DNA of 64,000 nt, from sequence record OR699282.2; one strand, 5' to 3'. Below the pieces are notes generated by a model. That model worked only from the letters and a program-made list of their open reading frames with translations, was not told the DNA's origin and did no database searches. The position numbers were made by a program, and so were the translations under genes. How positions within the stretch are numbered: the first letter of the stretch is position 1; each line of letters begins with the position of its first letter. The stretch comes from Escherichia phage BAU.Micro_ELP-22. Positions 48,147 through 58,055 of this stretch are shown here, in pieces.

Positions 48147-48232
48147 AAAAGTACTTGCAATTAGTTTTCAGTACTGTATAATGGTTTACATCAAAGGGAG
48201 AAATGGTTCTCCCTGGTAATGAGGAAAATAAA

Positions 48233-48454
48233 ATGGCAAATATCACTACTCTTTCCCAACTGGAAGCACTGGTTAAATCTATGCGGGAACATGCCGACAA
48301 AATCGGCGTACAAGATCCAGCCGTTTGCTTCTGCGACGAATTGAATGATGATACCCTGGTAATAGCAGAAGTCCAGGACGTTTCTAACTATTCCTCGCGT
48401 TACACTGGCGGCGTAGCAAATAAAGGTGACTTCTGTTTATACCTTACAAAATAA
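48233..48454 (+). CDS. hypothetical protein
   Basis: Start after 5' hairpin and SD GAGGAAAA (73 aa); track start 48203 lies inside hairpin. Confidence 0.6.
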   Translation: MANITTLSQLEALVKSMREHADKIGVQDPAVCFCDELNDDTLVIAEVQDVSNYSSRYTGGVANKGDFCLYLTK

Positions 48455-48457
48455 CAA

Positions 48458-48492
48458 CGCGGGGAGATAATAACTCCCCGTTACTTTTTCAG
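48458..48492 (+). terminator. intrinsic terminator
   Basis: CGGGGAG-ATAATAA-CTCCCCG hairpin + TTACTTTTT. Confidence 0.55.
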
Positions 48493-48696
48493 TACTGAAT
48501 CATTTAATAGACGGATCTCGGCACCCGGTGGGTTAGTGACTGTTTCGTCTTGATGTAGTAATTATGCCAGTACTGGATGCACTTGTCAACAACTATTTTT
48601 CAAATACTTTTTATTAAAATACTTGCTAATAGTTTTTAAACGCGTATAATGTTTTGCATAGGGGAGCGGTTCCCCTGGTAACTAAGGAATAAGAAA

Positions 48697-48933
48697 ATGC
48701 TTGAACAAATCAAATCAACGTCTGCTAATGTAACGGGAACGGTATCACACTTTATTGGTGATGAATCGCGGGGCGTTCCCTATTGTGCTGTACATGTAAA
48801 CACTGAGGGTAACTACTGGTTTACGGTTTACGGATCATATTCATTTGGACGGCCAGGGCATCAAAAAATTCTGGATAAAGTACAGCCAACGGGTAAAAAT
48901 ATCACGGCTGAAATGTTTTATAAAAAATCATAA
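48697..48933 (+). CDS. hypothetical protein
   Basis: ORF 78 aa; SD AAGGAA. Confidence 0.65.
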   Translation: MLEQIKSTSANVTGTVSHFIGDESRGVPYCAVHVNTEGNYWFTVYGSYSFGRPGHQKILDKVQPTGKNITAEMFYKKS

Positions 48934-49017
48934 AGTACTTGATAATAGTTTTTAGTACTGTATAATATTTTACATAGCACGGGGGAGCGGTTCCCCCTGG
49001 TAACTAAGGATAATCAA

Positions 49018-49317
49018 ATGAAAATTGCAATCATCGCCCTGGCTTTATCTGTTTCCTCTTTCGCTGTTAATGCGTCGTTAGATGTGAGTAGTGAAAAATT
49101 CATTCAGTGCACTGTTGCGATGACCAATGAAAGTACGGGCGAGATTGTTTTAAAGGATTTAGAGATCCAGCCACAAGCATTTAAAAACGGGCCGTTCCAT
49201 GAAGAAGACGAAAACGGTAGCACAACCATTTACTATGATGCCAGTACTAAACGCGGTTCGGTCACGGTTATGGATACTGAGAAAGTAACTCATACAGGCG
49301 TTATTAATTGCCGTTGA
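49018..49317 (+). CDS. secreted protein (signal peptide)
   Basis: ORF 99 aa; SD AAGGA. Confidence 0.65.
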   Translation: MKIAIIALALSVSSFAVNASLDVSSEKFIQCTVAMTNESTGEIVLKDLEIQPQAFKNGPFHEEDENGSTTIYYDASTKRGSVTVMDTEKVTHTGVINCR

Positions 49318-49338
49318 TTGATACTACGGGGTAACATC

Positions 49339-49569
49339 ATGACAGCACGAATAGTTTTACTTAACGAAAGCAGTACTACACAACTACTTAACGCCGTGCA
49401 TTATGATATTGAAACGAGCGTTAATCTTATCAGTACTGTCGTACTGTTGGACACTGGAAAGGTCGCCAATGATAAAGCGATTGCAGGTATACTAACGGAT
49501 CTTGAGCCTGGTAGCAGTGCACCAATAACGTTAAATGGTAAAGTGTTTAACATTTTACTTACTGATTAA
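49339..49569 (+). CDS. hypothetical protein
   Basis: Internal ATG (76 aa). Confidence 0.5.
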   Translation: MTARIVLLNESSTTQLLNAVHYDIETSVNLISTVVLLDTGKVANDKAIAGILTDLEPGSSAPITLNGKVFNILLTD

Positions 49570-49575
49570 GTACAT

Positions 49576-49598
49576 AGCCCACCTGGTGGGCTTTTTTG
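49576..49598 (+). terminator. intrinsic terminator
   Basis: AGCCCACC-TGGTGGGCT hairpin + T6. Confidence 0.7.
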
Positions 49599-49802
49599 TT
49601 TTTGTAGTATCGTAGTACTGAGATACTTTGAAAATAGTTTTAAAAAAGTAGTTGACATTACCGCAGAAAAGCGTAGAATGTATTACATCAAGACGGGGAG
49701 CACTAAGTAGACCGCCAGTAAGTCGAACGAAAAACTGGACACGTCGAGAAAACTTTGATACACTAATAAACGTAAACTAAACTTTAATTGAGGATTTATA
49801 AA

Positions 49803-50285
49803 ATGGCTAATGTAAAATCATTCATCAAAGCACTGGTAGCAAATGAAACTAACGTCGCGGCTGAGATCCTGGCTGAACTGGATAACGATACCATGAAAGC
49901 GGTACGCAATAATTTTAACATCGCGTACAGTACTGCGAAAGAACTACAAGCAAATAAAGCGGCAGAAATTGAAGCGGCAAAGGCGGCCCGTGAAGCAGAA
50001 CTACAAGCAACAATCGAAAGTATTCAGGCGGCAGTAGTTGGATTGGATCTGGAAGTAGTTACAGAGATGGCACAAAAAGCCCTGGCGGTTAAGTATGGGG
50101 AAGACAAGCCAGAAGTAAAAGCCAAAAAATGGATTCAGGAACGCGTAGCGGTAGTACTGGACAACGGGGAAGAATATCTGATTCCGGTGCGTGGTAACTG
50201 TATTGCGGTAGTACTGGACGCGATTAACTCCAGTGGTATGACTCGCGAGGAATGGATCGAAGCTCATCGCAAAGTTGAAGCATAA
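49803..50285 (+). CDS. Ala-rich putative coiled-coil protein
   Basis: Start at ATG with SD GAGGA (160 aa); long structured leader upstream. Confidence 0.65.
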   Translation: MANVKSFIKALVANETNVAAEILAELDNDTMKAVRNNFNIAYSTAKELQANKAAEIEAAKAAREAELQATIESIQAAVVGLDLEVVTEMAQKALAVKYGEDKPEVKAKKWIQERVAVVLDNGEEYLIPVRGNCIAVVLDAINSSGMTREEWIEAHRKVEA

Positions 50286-50306
50286 CAATTAAAGTACTGA
50301 ATCACT

Positions 50307-50334
50307 AGCCCACCTTAAACGGTGGGCTTTTTTG
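50307..50334 (+). terminator. intrinsic terminator
   Basis: AGCCCACC-TTAAAC-GGTGGGCT + T6. Confidence 0.7.
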
Positions 50335-50570
50335 TGTTTATCGTTTACCAGGCCACCAGCACCGCCTAGAAACGATTCTAACGCATTAAACTGATTATCT
50401 GATGCATTGCCCTAGCTGGTGGCGTTAAGGTCGTTGTAATGCGATTGAGAGCGTTTAAAGTATTTTGCAAAAAGTAATAAAAAGTACTTGCACGATTAAG
50501 AGATTAGCGTATAATGTTTTACATCGAGAGGGGGAAACGGTTCTCCTTCCAAATCAAAGGAATCAAAACA

Positions 50571-50798
50571 ATGGCTATTATCATTACTCGCGTATCTGGT
50601 ACTACTGGCAACGAACAAGTAGTTGCAGTCATTACCAACAAGGAAGGTGCGGAATTGCAAAATGCAATGAATACCTGGGCCGTTAATGAGTTCGGTCAGT
50701 GGGCAAGTGTAGCATACATTGAAACCTATCAAGTGCCGTCGATTAGTTTAACTGATTTGGGCGTTGAGCGTATCCTTTGCCTGGATGAATTAAATTAA
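50571..50798 (+). CDS. hypothetical protein
   Basis: Start after 5' hairpin, SD AAAGGAA (75 aa). Confidence 0.6.
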   Translation: MAIIITRVSGTTGNEQVVAVITNKEGAELQNAMNTWAVNEFGQWASVAYIETYQVPSISLTDLGVERILCLDELN

Positions 50799-50883
50799 AA
50801 AAGTACTTGCAAAGTAAATCGAATAAAGTATAATACATTACATCAAGGGGAGAAATGATTCTCCCCACTACAAGGAAACTAAT

Positions 50884-51027
50884 ATGAAAACTTGTCAATG
50901 TGGTCAGAAATCTATTACTGGTTTAAAGCGGGGCGTTGCTCTTTGCCAGTACCATTATAATTTACAAGTATGGGGTAAAGAATGGGCCGACCAGGTGGAA
51001 GCAGCAAAGAAAGCAAAAAGTAAGTAA
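50884..51027 (+). CDS. small Cys-rich protein (47 aa)
   Basis: Promoter + hairpin + SD AAGGAAA; CQCG..CQYH; below track cutoff. Confidence 0.5.
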   Translation: MKTCQCGQKSITGLKRGVALCQYHYNLQVWGKEWADQVEAAKKAKSK

Positions 51028-51118
51028 AAATATTATCACAGTACTATTGACATAGTTTGATAGTACTGGCATAATAGATTTTATCAAAACGACACATATT
51101 AATTTAAGGAATACCAAA

Positions 51119-51442
51119 ATGGCTAAAACTATCATCAACACCGTTTCCCTGGCTGCAATCCGTGCAATCAATGTTGACGGTAAACGTTGGACTGATTCAT
51201 ATGGCAATACTTATCATTCTTGTCATGTAAGCGTTGAACTGGATAACGGTTTGAATGATCTGGCGGTTGAATCATTTACTTATGGCTATGAAGATGCATA
51301 TCAACAAACGGCGTTTGATCTCTTAAAGGAATCAGTAGACGGGCTTGATACTGTTGAAACCTCCCTTACTCGTTTATGTAATGATTTGTCTATCCCGTTG
51401 CATTGTACTGTACAGAATGTTAAACGTAAAAAAGATCTTTAA
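51119..51442 (+). CDS. hypothetical protein, paralog of 58327..58650
   Basis: 107 aa; shared RWTDSxGNTYHSC..FTYGY..VKRKKD. Confidence 0.7.
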   Translation: MAKTIINTVSLAAIRAINVDGKRWTDSYGNTYHSCHVSVELDNGLNDLAVESFTYGYEDAYQQTAFDLLKESVDGLDTVETSLTRLCNDLSIPLHCTVQNVKRKKDL

Positions 51443-51522
51443 TTAGCTTTACTTTATGCAGATACTTTGATATAGTGTCTGCATAGGGGAAAGAAATTAA
51501 ATTAACTTAAGAGGATAGTATA

Positions 51523-51792
51523 ATGAAAAATATCAGTACTTTAATCGATGCAGGTACACATGTTCGTCGGTCTATGGTTACAACCAGTACTACAAAACAA
51601 GTAGCAAGCGGTTATCTTGTATTTGTGCACGATGGAAAACTCCTGGAACGTTCAATCAATTTTGATGTTAAAAACAATTGCCGTTTTATTATCTTTAAGC
51701 GTGAACAATATAAAATCGATTTACCAGCGAAGCCCATAAGCGGGGCGTACAACGTGCAATCATTGTTTGAGCGTCAACCATACACCTATTAA
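51523..51792 (+). CDS. hypothetical protein
   Basis: ORF 89 aa; SD AGAGGA. Confidence 0.6.
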   Translation: MKNISTLIDAGTHVRRSMVTTSTTKQVASGYLVFVHDGKLLERSINFDVKNNCRFIIFKREQYKIDLPAKPISGAYNVQSLFERQPYTY

Positions 51793-51843
51793 TCAAAACA
51801 TCGTTAGCGGTCGATTCAGGCCGCTTATATTGGGGATTATACC

Positions 51844-52116
51844 ATGAACGTTAATCAAGTACTGAATGAGATCGAAAGCATCATTAAACCGATGAAGCGT
51901 ACTGATGCTATGTTAACACCGGAAGAATGCCGCCTTTATGAGCGTTACAGCGTCGAACAAGTCCAGGCAATGGCTATGGCTACCCCAGCCGTTAAACCGC
52001 CTGAGAATGCGTTACAGGACGTTACAGGGGATTATATCATTAATCCAGTACTAGGGAAGATGGCTGCAATCACCGAAGATCAACAAGACTACTTAAGCCA
52101 GTACTTAAAAGGTTAA
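51844..52116 (+). CDS. hypothetical protein
   Basis: ORF 90 aa. Confidence 0.6.
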   Translation: MNVNQVLNEIESIIKPMKRTDAMLTPEECRLYERYSVEQVQAMAMATPAVKPPENALQDVTGDYIINPVLGKMAAITEDQQDYLSQYLKG

Positions 52117-52121
52117 TTAAT

Positions 52122-52331
52122 ATGCTTACTGTACAGGATAAGATCGACATCTTAAAGGTTAATATGTATGTGATTGATGCAGTACCTGGTAAAGTATTTG
52201 CATACGATGACACTACTGTAAGCAATTTCTACTATAGCCAGGACGTGGGGGATCTTTCTGTACAGTCGGTTATTGAAAACGTAGTTAATGCAGCGTATGA
52301 GCATTTACTTTCAAATAGTACTTGCAATTAG
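52122..52331 (+). CDS. hypothetical protein
   Basis: ORF 69 aa. Confidence 0.55.
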   Translation: MLTVQDKIDILKVNMYVIDAVPGKVFAYDDTTVSNFYYSQDVGDLSVQSVIENVVNAAYEHLLSNSTCN

Positions 52332-52400
52332 TTTTTAAACGCGTATAATGTTTTACATGAAGGGGAGAAATGATTCTCCCCACTAATTAAGGAATATGAA

Positions 52401-52547
52401 ATGAAAGCATCAAAAAAGAGTAATACTAAGAAAGCACGTTCAACCTTAGATGGGGTATTCCCTTTACGTTTCGTTGATGAAGTAGTTTCCTACCCGCCGG
52501 GCCTTACTCCTGAGATGGTAGAAAGTTTGCGTAAATCTAAAAAATAG
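52401..52547 (+). CDS. small basic protein (48 aa)
   Basis: Promoter + hairpin + SD AAGGAA; below track cutoff. Confidence 0.5.
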   Translation: MKASKKSNTKKARSTLDGVFPLRFVDEVVSYPPGLTPEMVESLRKSKK

Positions 52548-52629
52548 TACTTGCAATTAGTTTTTAGTACTGTATAATAGTTTACATGAAGGGGAAAACG
52601 TTCCCCTTACACCTAACGAGGAAAGTATA

Positions 52630-52881
52630 ATGGAAACAATTTTAATCAAAGACACTGCTACTACTGTAACTTATGATAATGATTGCATTATCCCAGGGAC
52701 TGAGTACGGCGAACGTGTACCCGTTCAAGTAGAGATTGATACCACATACATCGACAAGGCTGACCAGTGTATCACTATTGTAATTGGTGAATATCGTTTT
52801 CTACCAGAAGAGATCCAAAAATGGCAGAATATGATTGACCGTGCGAAATTAGTCGCACAAAGTTTAAAATACAAAGTTTAA
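52630..52881 (+). CDS. hypothetical protein
   Basis: ORF 83 aa; SD GAGGAAA. Confidence 0.65.
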   Translation: METILIKDTATTVTYDNDCIIPGTEYGERVPVQVEIDTTYIDKADQCITIVIGEYRFLPEEIQKWQNMIDRAKLVAQSLKYKV

Positions 52882-52967
52882 AATAATACTTGCAATTAGT
52901 TTTTAGTACTGTATAATGTTTTACATGAAGGGGAGAAATGATTCTCCCCAATAACAGGAGAAACAAA

Positions 52968-53120
52968 ATGAAACAATACAACGCTCGGTTTGATGTTACT
53001 ATCGGTAACGGCAAAGGTCAATTCTCTTTCAGTACTCGCCGCAGTTATACAGAAAACTTCCTGCGTAATTGTGCACTGACCGCCGCTCAAATTAAACATT
53101 ATTTTCAGGCTAAAAAATGA
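52968..53120 (+). CDS. small basic protein (50 aa)
   Basis: Start after hairpin with SD AGGAGAA. Confidence 0.5.
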   Translation: MKQYNARFDVTIGNGKGQFSFSTRRSYTENFLRNCALTAAQIKHYFQAKK

Positions 53121-53206
53121 GATCATTAGCTTATTACAGTTCGGCCCTGGTCGGTGCATTGATCGCGGCGTTGTTAGTAACCTATCTATTCTTTATGGTG
53201 ATTTAA
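53117..53206 (+). CDS. small membrane peptide (29 aa)
   Basis: ATGA overlap with upstream stop; hydrophobic; uncertain. Confidence 0.3.
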   Translation: MRSLAYYSSALVGALIAALLVTYLFFMVI

Positions 53207-53350
53207 ATGAATCCAACAGGTTTAAACTATAAAAGTTGTTCGGCATTTACGAAAGCAAATAAAGCGAATGCACGTAAAGCGAAAGTACAGGAATACATCA
53301 AGCAAGGCATGACGCGAAAGGCGGCGATTCTAAAAGCTAAAAATAAATGA
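53207..53350 (+). CDS. small basic protein (47 aa)
   Basis: Abuts previous stop (TAAATG); Lys/Ala-rich. Confidence 0.4.
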   Translation: MNPTGLNYKSCSAFTKANKANARKAKVQEYIKQGMTRKAAILKAKNK

Positions 53351-53356
53351 AAAAAG

Positions 53357-53388
53357 TGGTTGACTCCGGTCAGCCATTTTGCTATTAT
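53357..53388 (+). terminator. terminator with embedded promoter (GGTTGACTCCGGTCAGCC variant)
   Basis: Hairpin + TTTTGC + TATTAT; same cassette near 57394, 60385, 62648. Confidence 0.5.
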
Positions 53389-53571
53389 ATATTCATTGAG
53401 AGATAGCTCACTAGCCCACAGGGTGCAGGAGTGTATCTATTGTATAATGTTTGAGTACTGAAAACTATTTTAAAGTATTTGATAAAAAGTACTTGCAAAC
53501 TATCTCAATAAGCGTATAATGTTTTACATCGCAAGGGGAAACGGTTTCCCCTAGTAATAAGGAAACGAATC

Positions 53572-53913
53572 ATGACTATCTCAATTGCTCAATCTAACTT
53601 TGAAAATGAAATCATCGCCCAGGCACTGCGTTTAAATGATGGTCGGGCCGAAATCAATTACGGTTTCAATTCAGGCGGTTGTGAAAAATATCAGTACTTT
53701 GTAACGGCTGATGGCGGTGTCCTGGGTATCAATACAGTTATTGTAAACATCCAAAAAATTAATTTCAATGATCCAGACGATAGCCAGTTTTACATCACTG
53801 GCGTAGACGTGAACTATGAGGATGACTCACTAACTGATGATCACACTGGTGAGCGGTTAGAAAGTGCATACGGTGAAGATGATTATCAGTCCGGTCCAGA
53901 AGATTTCGAATAA
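53572..53913 (+). CDS. hypothetical acidic protein
   Basis: ORF 113 aa; SD AAGGAAA. Confidence 0.65.
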   Translation: MTISIAQSNFENEIIAQALRLNDGRAEINYGFNSGGCEKYQYFVTADGGVLGINTVIVNIQKINFNDPDDSQFYITGVDVNYEDDSLTDDHTGERLESAYGEDDYQSGPEDFE

Positions 53914-54008
53914 TATAAAAAAATAGTTTGACAATAGATTATAGTACTGTATAATAGTTTACATCAAGGGGAGAATAGTTCTCCCCACTAACAGAGAGAG
54001 AAAACAAA

Positions 54009-54221
54009 ATGGCTAATATCCGGTCGAAATTAAAAAATGCAAAACAAGTTTTATTTTCAGATCATGAATACTTTAATAAAGATATTACAGGAGTTACAAG
54101 TATCAAGGAAGTAAAAGAAAAAACCGGCGTTTTGTGTGATGTGCGATTAGTTGGAACATTTGGGAATAACGTGCTATATCGCTGCGGTGATTACAATTTT
54201 ACACTGACTATCATTAACTAA
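54009..54221 (+). CDS. hypothetical protein
   Basis: ORF 70 aa. Confidence 0.6.
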   Translation: MANIRSKLKNAKQVLFSDHEYFNKDITGVTSIKEVKEKTGVLCDVRLVGTFGNNVLYRCGDYNFTLTIIN

Positions 54222-54303
54222 AAATATTATCACAGTACTATTGACATAGTTTGATAGTACTGACATAATAACTTTTATCAACTACACTACTAAGGAATTA
54301 AAA

Positions 54304-54483
54304 ATGGCTATCATCGCAAAAACTGAAATCATCGGCCTGGATTCTATCATCATGACGTTTGAAGATCAAAAAGGTATGTATGTGGTTTCCTATGGTGATT
54401 ATGTTCGGGAGTATGAAACGGTAGACGAAGCCTTTGAAAGTTACATTCGCCAGGTGAATAAAGCATACGACGACTACCGCTAA
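54304..54483 (+). CDS. hypothetical small protein (59 aa)
   Basis: Class B promoter upstream; SD AAGGAA; below track cutoff. Confidence 0.5.
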   Translation: MAIIAKTEIIGLDSIIMTFEDQKGMYVVSYGDYVREYETVDEAFESYIRQVNKAYDDYR

Positions 54484-54582
54484 AATATATTACCAGTACT
54501 ATTAAATCTATTGACAATGTTTGATAGTACTGTATAATAAGTTTTATCAACAGTAGTTAACTTAACCTAAGAGAGAAACAAA

Positions 54583-54726
54583 ATGATCGCACTGGATTCA
54601 TTCATCGACGCAGTACTGGCAAAAACTGGCGAGGATCTGACCGCAGAACAATACGCAATGATCGAGCAATGCCAGCAAGACGGTAAATCGGTGAAAGATA
54701 CTGTTAAGATTATCCGCAAGATGTAA
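54583..54726 (+). CDS. hypothetical small protein (47 aa)
   Basis: SD AGAGAGAAA; terminator hairpin follows at 54733-54759. Confidence 0.45.
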   Translation: MIALDSFIDAVLAKTGEDLTAEQYAMIEQCQQDGKSVKDTVKIIRKM

Positions 54727-54831
54727 GATTATAGCCCACTGGTTAACGCTGGTGGGCTTTAATTCATTACCCTATACAATGCCAGTACTAAACCGTTTAT
54801 CTCGTTAGAATGCGTTACAGGACGTTTAACA

Positions 54832-55029
54832 ATGATTAGCATGAAATCAGTACAAAAACAAATAGAAACATTATCAAAAATTAAACGTAAACAGTACTCC
54901 TTAGAATATACAATCAATGGTAACTATCATCTAATGAAAGAAAATAATTTTATAGTCATTGATGAATCATTGCAAATCATTAGTATAGTACTGAAAGCAT
55001 TAATCAATGACAGAAAAAAATTAAAATAA
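54832..55029 (+). CDS. hypothetical protein, AT-rich
   Basis: ORF 65 aa; weak SD. Confidence 0.4.
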   Translation: MISMKSVQKQIETLSKIKRKQYSLEYTINGNYHLMKENNFIVIDESLQIISIVLKALINDRKKLK

Positions 55030-55360
55030 ACTATTGACAATATCATCCAGTACTGGCATAATACTTACATCAAGACGAGAACGTCACTAACCCATAGGGT
55101 GCACAAATGTAACTGTATAATATTGATCAAAAAATGATCTGATCAATACTTGATCAATTTGCGTAAAGTAGTATAATTCTATGCAGTTGGTTAGACGAAA
55201 GGTTATGATTAGTAGTGCAAGTGTATAAAAATTTTCATGGTGTATCGTTCCGCACATATGGGGATGAATATGTGGTATCATGTGGATTGGAAAAAGTAAG
55301 AACAAGTAATATTATTGTCGCATTACAGTACTATAGTATTTTTATAATGAGGTTAAAATA

Positions 55361-55618
55361 ATGGCTGTAGGATTCGCGAAAGATGGGGCCGAACAAGACG
55401 AGATTAACGCAGTGATTCAGGCTGCCGTTAACCACGCTAGAAAGCAAATTAACGCACAAATAGAATCACTGATACATTGCCTCGACTGCGGCGATATAAT
55501 CCCTGAGAAACGACGCCAGGCCGTTAAGGGATGTAAGTACTGCATAACTTGCCAGGAGGATCATGATAGTACTTTTAAACGTCCCCCGCGTAATTGTTGG
55601 CATAGATCTATGAGATAA
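55361..55618 (+). CDS. TraR/DksA-family C4 zinc-finger protein
   Basis: CLDCGDIIPEKRRQAVKGCKYCITCQE matches the CxxC-N17-CxxC TraR/DksA finger as recalled. Confidence 0.8.
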   Translation: MAVGFAKDGAEQDEINAVIQAAVNHARKQINAQIESLIHCLDCGDIIPEKRRQAVKGCKYCITCQEDHDSTFKRPPRNCWHRSMR

Positions 55619-55682
55619 AAAGTAATTGACAGTACTGAAAGATAGTGTATAATGTTTTATATCTTAACTGAGGATAGTAATC

Positions 55683-56039
55683 ATGGGAATACAACATATC
55701 ACGCGTACTACTGACAATGGCGAGATCACTGGCTATCAAGTACAGGGCAAAGTAGCACAATTGCAGTACTGGTTTGTTAAACGTGGAATCATTGCACCGG
55801 ATCTTGATTATGACCGTGTAGCGTTTATTGATTCTCTTTATGTTGATCCTGATAGTCGGGGCAATGGTGAAGGTAACGAATTAATGAATGCCTTTATCGA
55901 TGCCGCCGATGATTCAGATTGTATCATCTTAGAATGCGATACGGGAGAAGATAACGCCTTTAATCTTAAAGAATGGTACGAAGGTTTCGGATTCGAGGTA
56001 TTGATAGATAGTGAATATCCTATCATGATTTTATCATAG
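55683..56039 (+). CDS. putative GNAT-family acetyltransferase
   Basis: 118 aa; RGNGEGNELMNAF resembles GNAT motif A; tentative. Confidence 0.45.
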   Translation: MGIQHITRTTDNGEITGYQVQGKVAQLQYWFVKRGIIAPDLDYDRVAFIDSLYVDPDSRGNGEGNELMNAFIDAADDSDCIILECDTGEDNAFNLKEWYEGFGFEVLIDSEYPIMILS

Positions 56040-56117
56040 TACTTGCATTTAGTTTTCAGTACTGTTATAGTACTTGCATCAAGGGGAAACATCTTCCCCT
56101 ACTAAGAGGAAATAAAA

Positions 56118-56306
56118 ATGGAAAACTTATCAAGTATTTTAGTACAAGATGATTTCGGTAATCCTGGAAGTGCTATCATTGTTCGGGGTAATAAAGCAAC
56201 ATTTGTTATTGCTGGTGGACCTGTACAGCGTAGCATTAAAAACAATGCCGTTACTATTAATAATGTACGCTATCGCTTAGATAAAGAATTGATTCATAAA
56301 CTGTAA
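56118..56306 (+). CDS. hypothetical protein
   Basis: ORF 62 aa; promoter + hairpin + SD. Confidence 0.6.
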   Translation: MENLSSILVQDDFGNPGSAIIVRGNKATFVIAGGPVQRSIKNNAVTINNVRYRLDKELIHKL

Positions 56307-56333
56307 TATTAATTTAATAGAGGATAACAATAA

Positions 56334-56657
56334 ATGTACATTCATACTACTATCACAAAGGAAGTCCGTTGCCAGTTCGAAAGTATTCCGGGCGTATGTT
56401 TCATCACTGGTACGTTTTCCCCTGGTGATCGTGATAATCCAGTACTGTTACAATTACGCCATCCATCATGGGATAAAGCATTTGATCTACCGTTGAATGA
56501 ATTCGCAACTACTGCTGAAAAGTACATTAAAAATATTCGCGAGAATGATCGACTATTCATTAATGCTTTTAGTGATTCCGCGTTAAGCGAGATCCACGGC
56601 GTATTGGTTGCAATCATGGAATCAATGCAGAAAACTAAATTCAAACAAGGTGAATAA
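56334..56657 (+). CDS. hypothetical protein
   Basis: ORF 107 aa; SD GAGGA. Confidence 0.65.
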   Translation: MYIHTTITKEVRCQFESIPGVCFITGTFSPGDRDNPVLLQLRHPSWDKAFDLPLNEFATTAEKYIKNIRENDRLFINAFSDSALSEIHGVLVAIMESMQKTKFKQGE

Positions 56658-56740
56658 AAACTATTGACAATGCAATCCAGTACTGTATAATAAGTTACAT
56701 GAAGGGGAGAAATGATTCTCCCCACTGAGAGGAAAGAAAA

Positions 56741-56953
56741 ATGCAAGGTCAACTAATCGTTCGTAAATGGTCTGATACTAACGAAAAACCGTGGGATGTA
56801 CAATACATCGGACCGGATGGGGTATCACGTTATCAGCCTGGCGTAACGCATAGTACTGAGCAATATGCCGCCGCTCACCGCGAACGCCTGTTAGAATCCA
56901 TGAAACAGGGATACGGTGAAAAATTCATTCAAGATCATTGGCTGAAAGATTAA
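56741..56953 (+). CDS. hypothetical protein
   Basis: ORF 70 aa; SD GAGAGGAAA. Confidence 0.65.
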   Translation: MQGQLIVRKWSDTNEKPWDVQYIGPDGVSRYQPGVTHSTEQYAAAHRERLLESMKQGYGEKFIQDHWLKD

Positions 56954-56970
56954 TAGAAGGAGTACAGCTT

Positions 56971-57063
56971 ATGCAAATGAATCCGATGATTATTGTTTTA
57001 GCTGTACTTATGATCATTCATGCAATTGTAGAAGTATTAACGCAATCAGGAGTAATAAAATGA
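56971..57063 (+). CDS. small membrane peptide (30 aa)
   Basis: Strong SD GAAGGAG; hydrophobic. Confidence 0.45.
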   Translation: MQMNPMIIVLAVLMIIHAIVEVLTQSGVIK

Positions 57064-57233
57064 TTCAAGTAGAATTATCAGTACTGAAAGATCTGTTTTA
57101 TCGGTTAGGTACTACTGGAGAGTATCCTAAAAGTGATACCGCAAAACTTTTTGTATCACTCGACTTATGGCAACGCGAACAATTAGTAATGTCCTGGCGT
57201 AAAGGTAAAGCAGATAGCGAGGTGAAAGCATGA
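57060..57233 (+). CDS. hypothetical small protein (57 aa)
   Basis: ATGA-coupled to upstream ORF. Confidence 0.4.
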   Translation: MIQVELSVLKDLFYRLGTTGEYPKSDTAKLFVSLDLWQREQLVMSWRKGKADSEVKA

Positions 57234-57379
57234 AAGAATTCTTATTCGAAGTAGTGTTTCAAGGTGTCGGTAGTAACCAACTGATTCGCTCAAGTGGTTA
57301 CAATGTTAACCAGGCATGGAATAACATTAAACAAATGTACCCGAACGCTATCACCTATCGCAACCCGAAAGAAGTTTAA
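57230..57379 (+). CDS. hypothetical small protein (49 aa)
   Basis: ATGA-coupled to upstream ORF. Confidence 0.4.
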   Translation: MKEFLFEVVFQGVGSNQLIRSSGYNVNQAWNNIKQMYPNAITYRNPKEV

Positions 57380-57553
57380 AAATAATTGAAAAAGGGATTG
57401 ACTCCGGTCAGTCCCTTTGCTATTATATACGCATAGAAACAAATCAGCCCACAGGGTGCATAAATGTATCTATTGTTAGCTGGTGGCTAGTACTGAAAAC
57501 TATTTTTAAAAAGTACTTGCATTGTACTTAGAATCAAGTATAATGTTTTACAT

Positions 57554-57628
57554 CAGGACGGGGAACGAAACAAGTAACCCCGTTAAGTAGTCCAGGAGTA
57601 AGACATACGAAAACCTCCCCTGATAAAA
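57554..57628 (+). ncRNA. candidate structured leader / small RNA (copy of 46429-46505 element)
   Basis: Near-identical sequence with base changes, between two promoters. Confidence 0.3.
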
Positions 57629-57693
57629 AAGATTGACAATAGTTTGAAGTACTGATAAAATAATCACATCAACTACTGATAAGGAAACATAAA

Positions 57694-57969
57694 ATGCGGA
57701 TTCTACTGACAGCTAACGAAATCGAACAAGTACTGACTACTAACCTGGAAGACTGGAAACGTGAAGCAGATATCCAGGCGGTTCAATGGCTTAACGATAA
57801 GTTAACGCCGGATGACTTAAGCAAGATTGTAGATCCTCAATTCTACGAAGATATTCACGACACCGCGTTAAGCGTCGAGGATGTACTAGATAAGCACTAC
57901 ATTGATACTGATTTGCAGGTTTACGGTCGTAAAAACTTTATCACTATTCACGATATTTACAATAATTAA
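57694..57969 (+). CDS. hypothetical protein
   Basis: ORF 91 aa; SD AAGGAAA. Confidence 0.65.
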   Translation: MRILLTANEIEQVLTTNLEDWKREADIQAVQWLNDKLTPDDLSKIVDPQFYEDIHDTALSVEDVLDKHYIDTDLQVYGRKNFITIHDIYNN

Positions 57970-58055
57970 GTATTGACAAAGTATCTTAGTACTGTATAAT
58001 AGTTTACATCGAGAGGGGGAATGGTTCCCCTCCTAACTAAAAGAGAGAAATAAAA

